From Malacoraja senta (taxonomy: Eukaryota): 64,000 nt of DNA. The DNA lies in assembly GCA_038087875.1 (NCBI GenBank), contig CM076002.1, forward strand, positions 1 through 64,000. Reading direction: 5' to 3'. Made by a program: the position numbers and the translations under genes. The notes beneath the pieces are model-generated. The model was not told where the DNA came from, made no database searches, and saw only the letters and a program-made list of their open reading frames with translations. This document shows positions 50,027-62,584 of this stretch, piece after piece. Position 1 is the first letter of the stretch. Every line of letters begins with the position of its first letter.

Positions 50027-50237
50027 GCTGGATGAACAGTGGGTCAGAAATACAAGAAGACGAAATGCACAACTCGCAAGGAGAAATCTTTCTGCTGATG
50101 TTGGTGAAATTACCACGGTTTGCCCTCAGTGTCGAGTGTACCGTTTCTCAGGAGAAATCACCAACTTTTGCTGCATGAAGGGTAAGGTCAACATTGCTCC
50201 TCTGAAGACACTCCCTGATGCATTCATGAATTTGTAC

Positions 50238-52293
50238 GGGGATATAAACAGTACTGTGGGTCCCCATCCTACCCCTTCCAAAGTCCACAATCAGTTCCTT
50301 GGTTTTGCTGGTGTTGAGAGCCAGATTATTGTGCTAGCACCATTTGGTCAGTCGGTGGATCTCACTTCTATACTCTGACTCGTCTCCATCAGTGATACGT
50401 CCCACAACAGTGGTGTCGTCGGTGAACTTGATGATGGAATTTGCACTATGACCGGCTACGCAGTCATGAGTATAGAGTGAGTACAGCAGGGGGCTGAGCA
50501 CACAGCCTTGAGGTGCTCCCATGCTGATTGTTATCGAGGCTGACACATTTCCACCAATACGAACAGACTGTGGTCTGTGAATGAGGAAGTCGAGGATCCA
50601 GTTGCAGAGGGATGCGCTGAGACCCAGTTCTGAGAGTTTGGTAGCCAGCTTGGAGGGGATGATTGTATTAAATGCCAAGCTGTAGTCAATGAATAACAGC
50701 CTGACACATGAGTTTTTGTTGTCCAAGTGGTCCAGAGCGGAGTGCCAGCAAGATCGCATCCACCGTTGATCTGTTGTGGCGGTAAGCGAACTGCAGTGGG
50801 TCCAGGTTTTTGTCGAGGTATGAGTTGATTTGCGCCATTATCAGCCTCTCAAAGCACTTCATCACAACAGGCGTTAGTGCCACTGGTCAATAGTCATTGA
50901 GGCACGTCACCTTGCTCATCTTGGGCACCGGTATTATTGATGCCCTTTTAAAGCAGGTGGGAACCTCAGACCTCAGAAGTGAGAGGTTGAAAATGTCTGT
51001 AAAAACTCCAGCCAGTTGGTCCGCATAGGTTTTCAGAACACGACTGGGTATACCATCAGGACCAGGCACTTTCCGAGGGTTCAATGGCATCAAATTGGGA
51101 AAAGGGGAAGTGCAACGGGATCTGGGGGTCCTTGTACATCAGTCTATGAAAGTAAGCATGCAGGTACAGCAGGCAGTGAAGAAAGTGAATGGCATGTTGG
51201 CCTTTATAACAAGAGGAATCGAATATAGGAGCAAATAGGTCCTTCTGCAGTTGTACAGAGCCCTAGTGAGACCACACCTGGAGTATTGTGTGCAGTTTTG
51301 GTCCCCTAATTTGAGGAAGGACATTCTTGCTATTGAGGGAGTGCAGCGTAGGTTTACAAGGTTAATTCCCGGGATCGCGGGACTGTCATATGCTGAGAGA
51401 ATGGAGCAGCTGGGCTTGTACACTCTGGAGTTTAGAAGGATGAGAGGGTATCTCATTGAAACATATAAGTTTGTTAAGGGCTTGGACACGCTAGACGCAG
51501 GAAACATGTTCCCGATGTTGGGGGAGTCCAGAACCAGGGGCCACAGTTTAAGAATAAGGAGTAAGCCATTAGAACGGAGATGAGGAAACACTTTTTCTCA
51601 GAGAGAGTGGTGAGTCTGTGGAATTCTCTGCCTCAGAGGGCGGTGGAGGCAGGATGCTTTCAAGAGAGAGCTAAATAGGGCTCTTAAAAATAGCGGAGTC
51701 AGGGGATATGGGGAGAAGGCAGGAATGGGGTAATGATTGGGATGATCTGCCATGAATCCCCCAGATCCCATTGAATGGCAGTGCTGGCTCGAAGGGCCAA
51801 ATGGCCTACTCCTGCACCTATTGTCTATTGTCTATTGGTTCAACCCTCTGAAGGATTTTCTGTCTTCGACCTCTGTGACCGAAATACCATCACGGCGAAT
51901 GGGGGCTCAGGAAGGCGCATCAGTATTCTCCCTATCAAAGCGTGCGTAGAACGCATTGAGCTCATCAAGGAGTGATGCTTCGCTGACATTTGAGCTGCCT
52001 CCTGATTTCGCCTTGTAGGAAGTGATGGCATTCAAGCCCCGCCACAGTTGCCGAACATCTGTCTCATCCTCCAGTTTGGAGCAGAAGTCCCTTTTGGCCT
52101 TTTTGATGGCCTTACCAAGGTCGTATCTGGACTTCATGTAGACCTCTGTCTCTTTGGACATGAATGAACGGTGTCTGGTCTTCAGAAGAGTGTGGATCTC
52201 ATAGTTCATCCAAGGCTTCTGGTTGGGAAACACTCGGAAGGGTTTTGTTGGGATGCAGTCCTCCACACATTTCTTTATGAAGTCTGTAACGAC
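50238..52293 (-). mobile_element. Rex1/Babar-type LINE fragment split by a CR1 insertion
   Basis: FPNQKPWM...GPDGI...[16 protein letters not shown]...PQGCVLSP...KFTDD on -. Confidence 0.85.
51082..51838 (+). mobile_element. CR1 3' fragment nested in Rex1, itself nested in the Helitron
   Basis: [13 protein letters not shown]; tail CTATTGTCTATTGTCTATTG. Confidence 0.9.
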
Positions 52294-54177
52294 TTAAAGA
52301 ATACTAGACAATACAACGGCCTCTTTCAACTGATGTAATTCGGTGCCAAGGAAGTGCTGGCACCTGGATGGAATCCTTCAGTGATCATTCAAGGCCAGAT
52401 TCATCATTTCATTGGTTCGTTGATGCCTGACCTAGACCAACGAAGTCAATTATTGCAAATCTATTTCATGGACCTCCAAGATAGCATTGAGTTGCAAATG
52501 AGTATACTGCAAGATGCTGGTATTCAAAGGGACATTGTTGAAATGCTTGAAAACGTGGTAAGACTAAACAACCCTTACATTGATTCATTTGTGATGGCAA
52601 TGGAGAGAATTAGAGATTTACCAAAGGCATCAATCGTCATTCATCCAGATTGTCGGCCAGCTTTGGAACATGAAACGAGGTTTAACACACAAACTGCCGA
52701 CGAAGTTGCCGTCATAATACCAAACAATAATGAGCCTGTGGTAATATCACGGCACGTTGTCTTGAAAAAGAGGGGAGGAGGTCTGCAAATCATTTCAGAG
52801 TCTCATAGGTCGTATGACAGTTTTCAATACGTCCTTTTCTTTCCGCTTGGAGATGATGGATGGCATCACCAACTCCAAATGAGTAACAGCAAGAAATTGA
52901 CACTAATGCGATATTATTCCTATAGGATCATGAATCATGAGAATTAAACAACCTTTTAAGAGGAGGACGACTCTTTGAACAATATGTGGTTGATATGGTA
53001 GCTAAGATTGTGGGTGATAGGCTCAGTTATATTTGCATGAATCAAGCATCGTTGAGATCAACAACTTACAGAGGCCTGACGGATGCATTAAATGATAATG
53101 ATGATTTGGAAAACGTCAGAAGGCGCATCATCCTCTCCTAGACATTTGTCAGTGGACAGAGATACATGATGGAATGATGCCAGGACGCCATGATGTATGT
53201 TTGGAAGTATGGCAATGCTTCATTCTTCATTACGACGACTTGCAATCTGAAATGGAGCGAGATTCGACAGTGCCTCTTTCACAATCAGCAGCCGTGTGAT
53301 AGACCAGGCTTGGTTGCAAGAGTATTTGATCTGAAAAGAAAGCTATTCATCAAGTATCTCACTGGACCACGTGGTTTCTTTGGCAACTGTATAGCCTTCG
53401 TCTCAACTGTGGAATATCAGAAGAGAGGTCTGCCCCATTTGCATTCTCTGCTTTGGCTTGATGAACTGAGTAAGCCAAGACCACAACATTTTGACAGATT
53501 TGTGCAAGCTGAAATACCAGACCCGCAAGTAGATCCTGAGCTGCATGAATTGGTACTCAAGCACATAATTCATGGACCATTCTGCAACCCCACCTCTCCA
53601 TATTGGAAGGATGGAGGATGGAGGAAGAGATTCCCAAATCCATTTATCGAGAGCACAAGGTGTGGAGAGAATTCATATCCTTTGTACAGAAGATCTCCAG
53701 ACATGGGAGGATTTCAGGGACATCAAGAAGGACGCCAGTTTCCAACTATTACTTCCAATTGGGTGGGGCCCTATAATGCTGAACAATTGAAGGTTTACAA
53801 ATCTCACATCAATGTTGAGATATGCTGCTCTGTACATTCTGTCAAATACGTCATCAAGTACACCTTGAAGGGGAGTGATCAGGCAATTTTTGGAATTAAC
53901 GTAAATTACGAGATTACACAATACCTGACTGGCAGATACATTGGGCCTTCAGAGGCAGTGGCATCAATCCTTGGATTTCCAAATCATGAGAGAGACCCGG
54001 CTGTCATTCGACTCCAGGTACATCTACCACAAGAATAACGAGTCATTATCAGAATCGATGCTGCTCATCTGGTGAGCAATGATGATATGGCGAGAATGAT
54101 TTTAACTGAATTCATGGCATTGTGTTCTCAAGATCCATTTGCAGGAACACTATACTACAATGATGTACCCCGATTTT

Positions 54178-54885
54178 ATCAGAATCAGAATCACACTTTA
54201 TTCGCCAAGTATGTTTTGCAATATACGAGGAATTTCATTGGCCAGGTCAGTCATACAATTAAAAGTAAGAGATCATTTCAAAAACACATTTTAACATGAA
54301 CATCCACCACAGTGACTCCTGCACATTCCTCATTGTGATCCAAGGCGAAATAAAGTTCAAGTCCTTCCCCTTAGTTCTTCCTCGGTCGTGGGCCTCGAGC
54401 CCCCGTTGACGGGATGATCTTAACTCCCGTAGCCGGCGGTGTTCGGGCCCTCCGCGTCGAGGTGATCAAGCTCCCCCGCGCTGGACGATCGAACCTCGCG
54501 TCGGGGCTGGTTGAACCTTCCGACTCGGCCTCACCCGAGACTGCGAGCCCTTGATGGTGATTCCGCGGTGGTCGCGGTGGGAGCGATCCCAGGCAAGGGA
54601 TCTGCTCCGATGTTAAGTCCACGCCCCGCGGTGGGGCTCACGACAGCCCGAGGAGGCTTCCAGCTCCAGCGATGGTAGGCCGCAGAGCCCGGAGAATGTG
54701 ATCTGAAAATTGATCACATCTCCGGGAAGGTAGGAACTTGAAACAAAGTTTCCCCTAATTCCCTCCTCCCTCCCCACACATAAAACAACCGAAGAATAAA
54801 ACAAACTTTTAACAAACTAAAAAATAACAAAAAGAAAGAAAATACGAACAGACTGCTGGCAGGGCAGCCATCGCCCCAGCGCACC
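54178..54885 (-). mobile_element. non-coding interspersed retroelement inside the Helitron
   Basis: Reverse complement resembles 2900-3350 (TTCCTCGTAT.TTGCAAAACATACTTGGC.AATAAAGT tail). Confidence 0.65.
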
Positions 54886-56289
54886 TGGTTATACATGGAA
54901 CAACAGGAAATGGCAAAGAAGGAAGGTTGGGAAGAGTGGAAGATTTCAAAGGTATTTTTGAAGCCTGCATTCTGGGACGAGTGTATACAGTTTCTCCAAG
55001 ATGCGGTGACCTCTACTACTTGAGACTGTTTCCCCATCACGTCAAAGGGCCAGTATCGTTCGATTCATTGAAGACACATGATGGGGACATTCTTCCTTCC
55101 TTCAAAAACGTCTGCAGAGAAAGTGGTTTGTTGGAAGCTGATGACCATTAGCAACAAACAATGGAAGATGCTGAGACGACAAGACTCCCCAGTGCAATGA
55201 GGGATTTGTTTGTGTTTTGCTGACAAGGTGTGGAGACCAACGATCCTCGACAATTATGGGATTGCTTCAAGAATTCAATGTCTGAGGATTACCTTGAGAG
55301 TGAGCAAAGAAGAAACTGATCAAAATATCACAATTGACGAGAGGCATCATGATCAGGCTCTGTTGTATAATCTTGAGAATCTTGAGAAGCTGTTGTACAA
55401 GCTTGAGAATTGCAACAATACACTGGAAAACCTTTCCTTGCCTCGACCAAGAAATGAAAGGATGGACATTGATGGTGAAAATGTTGATTTACTTAATGAA
55501 TTGAATTACAATAGATCAGAACAACAGCGATTTGTTGATGAGAAGGAGCCTCTGCTGAATGTTGAGCAGAGAGAGGTTTATGACCACGCGTGCAACTGCT
55601 TGCAAAGGAATCTACCTTCAATGATTTTTATTGATTCACCAGGAAGAACAGGAAAGAGATTTCTCACAAATTTGATCCTCTCCAAAGTTAGACATCAAGG
55701 TGATGTTGCTATTGCTGTAGCATCCTCTGGTATCGCAGCTACATTCATGCCTGGTGGAAGAACTGCATATTCTCGATTCAAGATACCTATCCAAGTGACG
55801 GAGAATTCAACGTGCAACATTGACAGCGACTCTAAAACGGGAAATTTCATCAGGAGAGTGAAGCTCATTGTTTGGGATGAGCGCCCAATGATTAGGAGGG
55901 AATGCTTTGAAGCGGTGGACAGAACTCTTCAAGATGTATGCCGCAAAAAGGATCATTTTGGCGGGATTCTTACCATTTGTTGTGGCGATTTTCGACAACT
56001 CCTTCCTGTAGTGAAGAAGGGAAATGATGTTGATGTTCAAAATTCCTGCATCAAGACATCCTACTTGTGGAGAACTCACCAAGTTTGAATTGAAGAGGAA
56101 TATGCGATTGACCGAAGGAGAGGGAGAGTATTCTCAATTTTTGTTGAATGTTGAAGAAGACAAGATTGAAAAGAATGAAGACAATGAATTTAACATTCCA
56201 GAAGACATGGTTCTCTCAGCAAGAACACTGGAGGACTGCATTGATTATATCTAACCGGCATTCGACCACCCTGCAAAATTATTCTCCGT

Positions 56290-59286
56290 GAATTATAGAA
56301 AAGATAGACAGGAAAGAAAGGGAGGAGGGGTGGCCCTTTTAATAAGGGAGGGAATAACGGCAATAGAGAGGAAGGATATTGCGTTGAAGGATCAGGATAG
56401 TGAAACAGCTTGGGTACAGATAGAGAATAACAAGGGGAAAAAAACACTAGTGGGTGTAATTTATAGACCTCCAAATAGCTGTGACGCTGTTAGTCAGAAC
56501 ATAAATCTGCAAATAGTTGACGCATGTAAAAAGGGAACTGCTGTAATCATGGGGGACTTCAATTTTCATATTAATTGGGCAAACCAAACTGGGCAGGGTA
56601 GACTAGAGGAAGAGTTTATAGAATGTATTAGAGACGGGTTCCTAGAACAGTATGTCACAGAACCGACAAGGAGGGAGGCAATCTTGGATCTGGTCCTGTG
56701 TAATGAAGCAGGATTAATTAAAAATGTCATAGTTAGGGACTCGTTGGGAACAAGTGACCACAATATGGTCGAATTCCATATTCAAATAGAAGGAGAGCAG
56801 GTTGAAACTCAGGCTAGGGTACTTAGTCTAAATAAAGGGGATTATGAAGGTATGAGGACTGAGCTGATCAAAGTTGACTGGGATAGCAGACTCAAGAATA
56901 AGACGGTACATGAGCAGTGGTGTACGTTTAAGGATCTACTGTATAACCTTCAAGAAAAATTTATTCCTATGAAGAAAAAAAGGGGTAAGGGAAAGAACAG
57001 TCAGCCATGGCTCAGTAAAACTATAAAGGATAGTATTCGGCTGAAGGCAAGGGCATATAAGGTAGCTAGAGATAGTGGGAGGGTAGAGGATTGGGAAGCA
57101 TTTAAAGGTCAGCAAAAAATAACTAAGAGATTAATTAAGACGGGGAAAATAGACTATGAAAGGAATTTAGCGAACAACATAAAAACTAATAGTAAGAGTT
57201 TTTATAGCTATATAAAAAGAAAAAGGGTGGCTAAGGTGAACGTTGGTCCATTGGAGGGTGAGACTGGAGAGTTGTTGGTGGGGAACATGGAAATGGCAAA
57301 GGCATTAAACGAGTATTTTGTATCAGTCTTCACCATAGAAGACACAAAAAATATTCCAACGCTGGATAAACAGGGGGCGGTAGGAATGGAGGAGCTAAAT
57401 ACTATTAAGATCACCAAGGAGGTGGTATTAGGGAAATTAATGAGACTGAAGGAGGATAAATCCCCTGGGCCTGATGGATTACATCCAAGGGTCTTGAGGG
57501 AGATAGCGGTGGGGATTGTGGATGCATTGGTGATAATTTTCCAAAACTCCCTGGAGGCAGGAACGGTCCCAGTGGATTGGAAAATGGCCAATGTAACACC
57601 TATATTTAAAAAAGGAAGTAAACAGAAGGCGGGTAACTATAGACCGGTTAGTCTAACATCGGTGGTGGGTAAAATGTTAGAGACAATTATTAAAGAAACA
57701 CTAACGGGGCACTTGGATAAACATGACTTCATCGGACAGAACCAGCATGGTTTTGTGAAGGGGAAGTCCTGTTTAACGAATCTGCTCGAATTCTTTGAGG
57801 AAGTAACAACCCGGGTGGATAAAGGGGAACCGGTGGATGTGGTATACTTGGACTTCCAAAAGGCTTTTGACAAGGTGCCACATAAGAGACTATTGCTAAA
57901 AATAAAAAATTATGGGATTGGGGGTAATATATTAGCATGGGTAGAGGATTGGCTAACAAATAGGAAGCAGAGAGTGGGGATAAATGGTTCATACTCGGGA
58001 TGGCAACCGGTAACTAGCGGGGTTCCGCAAGGGTCGGTGCTGGGACCCCAGTTGTTCACAATTTATATAAATGATTTGGAGGAGGGAACCAAGTGTAATA
58101 TATCAAAATTTGCGGACGATACAAAAATGGGAGGAAAAGTAGGGGATGAGGAGGATAGGAAGAGTCTGCAAAAGGATATAGATAAGCTAGGTGAGTGGGC
58201 AACAACTTGGCAGATGAAATTTAATACTAATAAATGTGAAGTCATTCACTTTGGGAAAAAAAATGATAGGGCAAGTTATTTTCTAAATGAGGTGGAGCTG
58301 CGTTGTAATGCAATGCAAAGGGATCTAGGGGTAGTAGTACATGAATCACTAAAAGTTAGTATGCAGGTGCAGCAAGCAATCAGGAAAGCCAATGGAGTTT
58401 TGGCCTTTATTGCTAGGGGGATTGAGTATAAAAACACGGAGGTCTTGCTGCAGCTGTACACAGTATTAGTGAGACCACATTTGGAATACTGTGTACAGTT
58501 CTGGGGTCCATACTTAAGAAAGGATGTACTGGCCCTGGAGGCAGTGCAGCGAAGGTTTACAAGATTAATTCCTGCAATGAGGGGATTGACATATGAGGAA
58601 AGGTTAAGTAGGCTGGAACTCTACTCTTTGGAGTTTAGAAGAATGAGAGGCGATCTCATTGAAACATATAAGATCGTGAGGGGCCTTGATCGGGTGGATG
58701 CACCGAGGATGTTCCCAATGATCGGGGAAACTAGAACTAGGGGACATAGTTGTAGAATAAGAGGGGGCTCTTTTAAAACTGAGATGAGGAAGAACTTCTT
58801 CACCCAGAGGGTGGTTAATTTATGGAATTCACTGCCCCAGGGAGCAGTGGAAGCAGAAACATTAAATATATTTAAGTCTAAAATAGATGGTTTTTTAGCT
58901 GCCAAGGGGATAAGGGGCTACGGGGAGAGGGCAGGGATATGGACCTAGGTATGGTTAGTATAGTAAGACCTGAGTGATCTCCTGGACAAGTGTCGATCGC
59001 CTGGATTGGGGTCGGAGAGGAATTTCCCGGATTTTTTTCCCGAATTGGACCTGGGTTTTTATCCGTTTTTTTGCCTCCCCCAGGAGATCACGCGGTTCTT
59101 GGGGTGGAGAGGGGTGATAGCGATATAAAGGGGAGGGTAGTGTCTTGTGTTCTGTGTCTTGTGTCTACTGTTTGTGGGTAAGGGTGTCTGTTTAGTGTTC
59201 AGCCATGAGCGAATGGCGGTGCGGGCTCGATGGGCCTGGTGGTCTACTCTCGCACCTACTTTCTATGTTTCTATGTTTCTATGTTT
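56290..59286 (+). mobile_element. young CR1 LINE, 5'-truncated, with uninterrupted ORF2 (886 codons, 56288-58948)
   Basis: APE motifs GGGVAL, IYRPP, MGDFN, LDLV, SDH; RT motifs NYRPVSLTS, QHGF, LDFQKAFD, PQGSVLGP, FADD; (TTTCTATG)n tail. Confidence 0.96.
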
Positions 59287-60235
59287 ATACCTTGGTTCCT
59301 CACAAGGATACGATAAGAAGAATCAATTCTACGTGTGTCAGACGCTTCCCTGGAACCATGAGGGAATACTATTCTTTCAATACTGTCACTGACGGAACGA
59401 ATGCTACTCACTTCCCAACGGAATTCCTCGATTCAGTCGAGATCTGTGGATTACCACCACACAAATTGGAGTTGAAAGAAGGATCTCCAATCATTTTAAT
59501 GAGAAACTTGCAACCCTCAAGGCTATGCAATGGATTGTAAAACAGCTACACAATAGTCTAATCGTTGCAAGAATCAACATGGGAGCCTTCAAAGATGAGA
59601 TTGTTCTCATACCTAGGAAGAAGATCAATTTGAAAGAAGGCGAAAACATTCCCATTAGGCGGAGCCAATTCCCAATTCAGTCGAGTTTTGCTATGACAAT
59701 TCATGAAGCACAAGGACAAACAATGGAGAAGGTCTTGATATACCTCGAGAAAGCAGTATTTCAACATGGACAACTATATGTGGCTCTTAGCCATGGAAAG
59801 CTGAAGGAACAAGTAAAAGTATTCCTGAAGGATGGGACATCAACCAGGAATGTTGTCATTAGACACGTGCTTCGTTGAATGATGACTCCTGCAGTAAGTG
59901 ATCAAATGTTCTTAAAGTTAAAGAAAGAACACAAAACTGAAGGCAACAAGAGACGCAAGAAGAAAAGGAACCAGTGTTTCGACACTCTTGATGATTGCTC
60001 CTCAGTTCAACAAGTGATGTTTAACACAGCAATCACATTTCTGCACACAAAGGATTGAACATGATGCCTCAGAAAGAGCTTCAAGGACACATTAAGTGAC
60101 ATGTAAAATCTGGCCAGTTGCATTGGCTTTTCGGATAGAAAGTTGTTGGAGCTGATGTCATGTCTCCTGACAAATCTTGCAGAAGGATTATTTGCTGCAA
60201 GATATACAACCACAGGCTTGCACATCTAGGGTATA

Positions 60236-60991
60236 CTAGACTAAGTGGGACCCGTTGGGTCTCAGCATCACACGGGAGGGCTGGTCCCCCCACGCAATAT
60301 TCCACCTCTCCACCATTTCCAATATTGGTGGCCAGTGGGGGGCTTTCTGGAGCACTAGTATGGGTGTTGTGGGCTGAAGGGACTGGTTTCCAGAGGGCTA
60401 GTATGGACATTGAGGGCCGAATGGATTCTTGGGCTGGCGGCTCAGTCACTCAAGCCTGTTGTGCTGGCAGCTCACTCACTCATGGCTGGTGGGCTGGCAG
60501 TTGACAAGTGCAGTTTCTTACCACTTCAAGCAGGGTGCAAGGCCACCAAATTCAAGTGCAGTTCCAAACCAAAGGCAACACAGCTTTAGCATTTCCAAAC
60601 TATATTTTCAAACCACATTAAGGGCACTGACAGGTCAGTAAAACCACTCACAGTTTAGTAGACATGTGTTCAGTGTTATTCACAGCTCAGACTGAGAGAC
60701 TTGCCCCTCTCGCTCCCCCATCTTGCAGAGACTGACTGAGGCACTCAACACTTCTGGGTTTTATAGTCCTTCTGGAAGGGGCGTGGCCTTCAGGAGAGAG
60801 AATCTCAACATTTTTAAACACTAATAACTTTTTTATTTTTCATCGATGGGAAAAATCCTCTTGTCCTGCGCAGCGGAGGGCGACTCTGAGTAAGATGGCC
60901 AAAAATCACAGCCGTAAGTGGCAGCGTTTTTTCTAAAATCAATATACAGTACAACAGGAAGTGGTCAAGATCAGACTTTTAGTAATATAGA
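60236..60991 (-). mobile_element. non-autonomous Helitron
   Basis: Minus strand A|TCTATATTAC...CTTAGTCTAG|T with subterminal hairpin GAGACCC-AAC-GGGTCCC; A^T insertion site, no TSD. Confidence 0.75.
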
Positions 60992-61681
60992 TGTATCAGG
61001 TTCAGTTCAATTATTGAGTCAATTATTGAGTAAATGATGATTGCCAAGATATTGATGGTTGAGGATTTGGTATTGGTAATGGCATCGAGTATCAAGGTCA
61101 TGCGGATAGATTCTGCATTGTGGGAGATTATCTTTACTTTTCTGTTGTTTGACATGAGTGTTACTTGCCACTTTGGTCTATTGTCGAGGTCTTTTGTATG
61201 GCAGCATGGACTGCATTTTCTCTGGAATTGCAAGTGGAATTGAAAATTCTGTAACCATCAGTGAATATCGACTTCGAGGAAAGGTCAGTATTTGAAAATA
61301 TTTGGGGCCAGTGCAGTGTTTTTTTTACCCTTGATACATATTTCAGTATTATCAGAATGCCTTAATACCATGCCGTTCAAATGCTGCGTTTTTGTCTAGA
61401 GCTGTCATTGTCACCTCATTTCTGGATCCCAGATATTTAGACTGTACGTCTTGGGGATCAGCGAGAAGTAAAGCAAGGACAGCATGGAACAAGAGACACA
61501 CCAAGAAGTTGCCAGAAAACACCTAAATCGGTATACGATAGCACAATGGTTTTTTATTCGTATGTTAATGGATTGATAGATAAAATTGTCAATTGGAAGT
61601 TTATAAATATCCACATCGTAATAAATATATCTTTTTTAAATCATGCCAAGAAGCAGGAGCAAATGTGTTGCAGGATGGTCA

Positions 61682-62062
61682 ATAGACAATAGACAATAGG
61701 TGCAGGAGTAGGCCATTCGGCAACTTCAAGCCAGCACCGCCATTCAATGTGATCATGGCTGATCATCCCCAATCAGTACCCCGTTCCTGCCTTCTCCCCA
61801 TATCCCCTGACTCCGCTATTTTTAAGAGCCCTATCCAGCTCTATCTTGAAAGTATCCAGAGAACCTGCCTCCACCGCCCTCTGAGGCAGAGAACTCCACA
61901 GACTCACCACTCTCTGTGAGAAAAAGTGTTTCCTCGTCTCCGTTCTAAATGGCTTACTCCTTATTCTTAAACTGTGGCCCCTGGTTCTGGACTCCCCCAA
62001 CATGGGGAACATGTTTCCAGCCTCTAGCGTATCCAAGCCCTTAACAATCTTATATGTTTCAA
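61682..62062 (-). mobile_element. CR1 3' fragment
   Basis: ETYKIVKGLD...GYGEKAGTGY*, (CAATAGA)n tail. Confidence 0.88.
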
Positions 62063-62584
62063 GGGACACCACAAAGAGACGTTGAGAAGCAGTAAGGAGT
62101 AGAAGGGAACAAGAGGCAGAACAAGAAAGGACTGAACCTATTGAGGATCTCCGAAAAATAATGGAAGTTTTCATGGAACAAGAGACACAATAAGTTGACA
62201 AACTACAGCCAAAACGGTACACAATAGTGTAATGTCTTTTTTAATATGTTAATTCATTGATATTTATAATTGTCTTTAGAAGTTTATAAATGTCTCCAAT
62301 AGATAAAATTGTCTTTACAAGTTTATAAATATCTACATCGTGATAAATATCTTTCTCTTTTTTACATTATGCCAAGAAATGGGAGCAAACGTGTTGTAGG
62401 ATGGTCAAGGAACACCGCAAAGAGACGTTGAGAAGCAGTAAGGAGCAGAAGGAAACAAGAGACACAACAAGAAAGGACTGAACCTCTTGAGGATCTCCGA
62501 AAAATAACGGAAGTTTGCATGGAACAAGAGACACAACAATAAGTTGACAAACTACAGCCAAAATGGTACACAATAGCGAAAGGC

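Larger units (their letters stand above)
48600..59878 (+). mobile_element. degenerate autonomous-type Helitron (HUH Rep plus PIF1-like helicase pseudogene) interrupted by nested retroelements
   Basis: Zn-like CPQC...FCCMKGKV (~50120); Rep motifs FITTTCNLKWSEI, VEYQKRGLPHLH, KYVIKYTLKG; helicase motifs FIDSPGRTGK, VASSGIAAT, IVWDERPM, GDFRQLLPV, FAMTIHEAQGQT, HGQLYVALS; many stops and frameshifts; left boundary approximate. Confidence 0.9.

Noticed and set aside
55210..56088. Host PIF1 helicase gene
   Set aside because: Intronless, disrupted and downstream of HUH Rep motifs, so it is a Helitron helicase
60196..60229. Possible 3' end (hairpin plus CTAG) of the large Helitron
   Set aside because: Hairpin TGCAAG/CTTGCA is weak and the CTAG is followed by G rather than T
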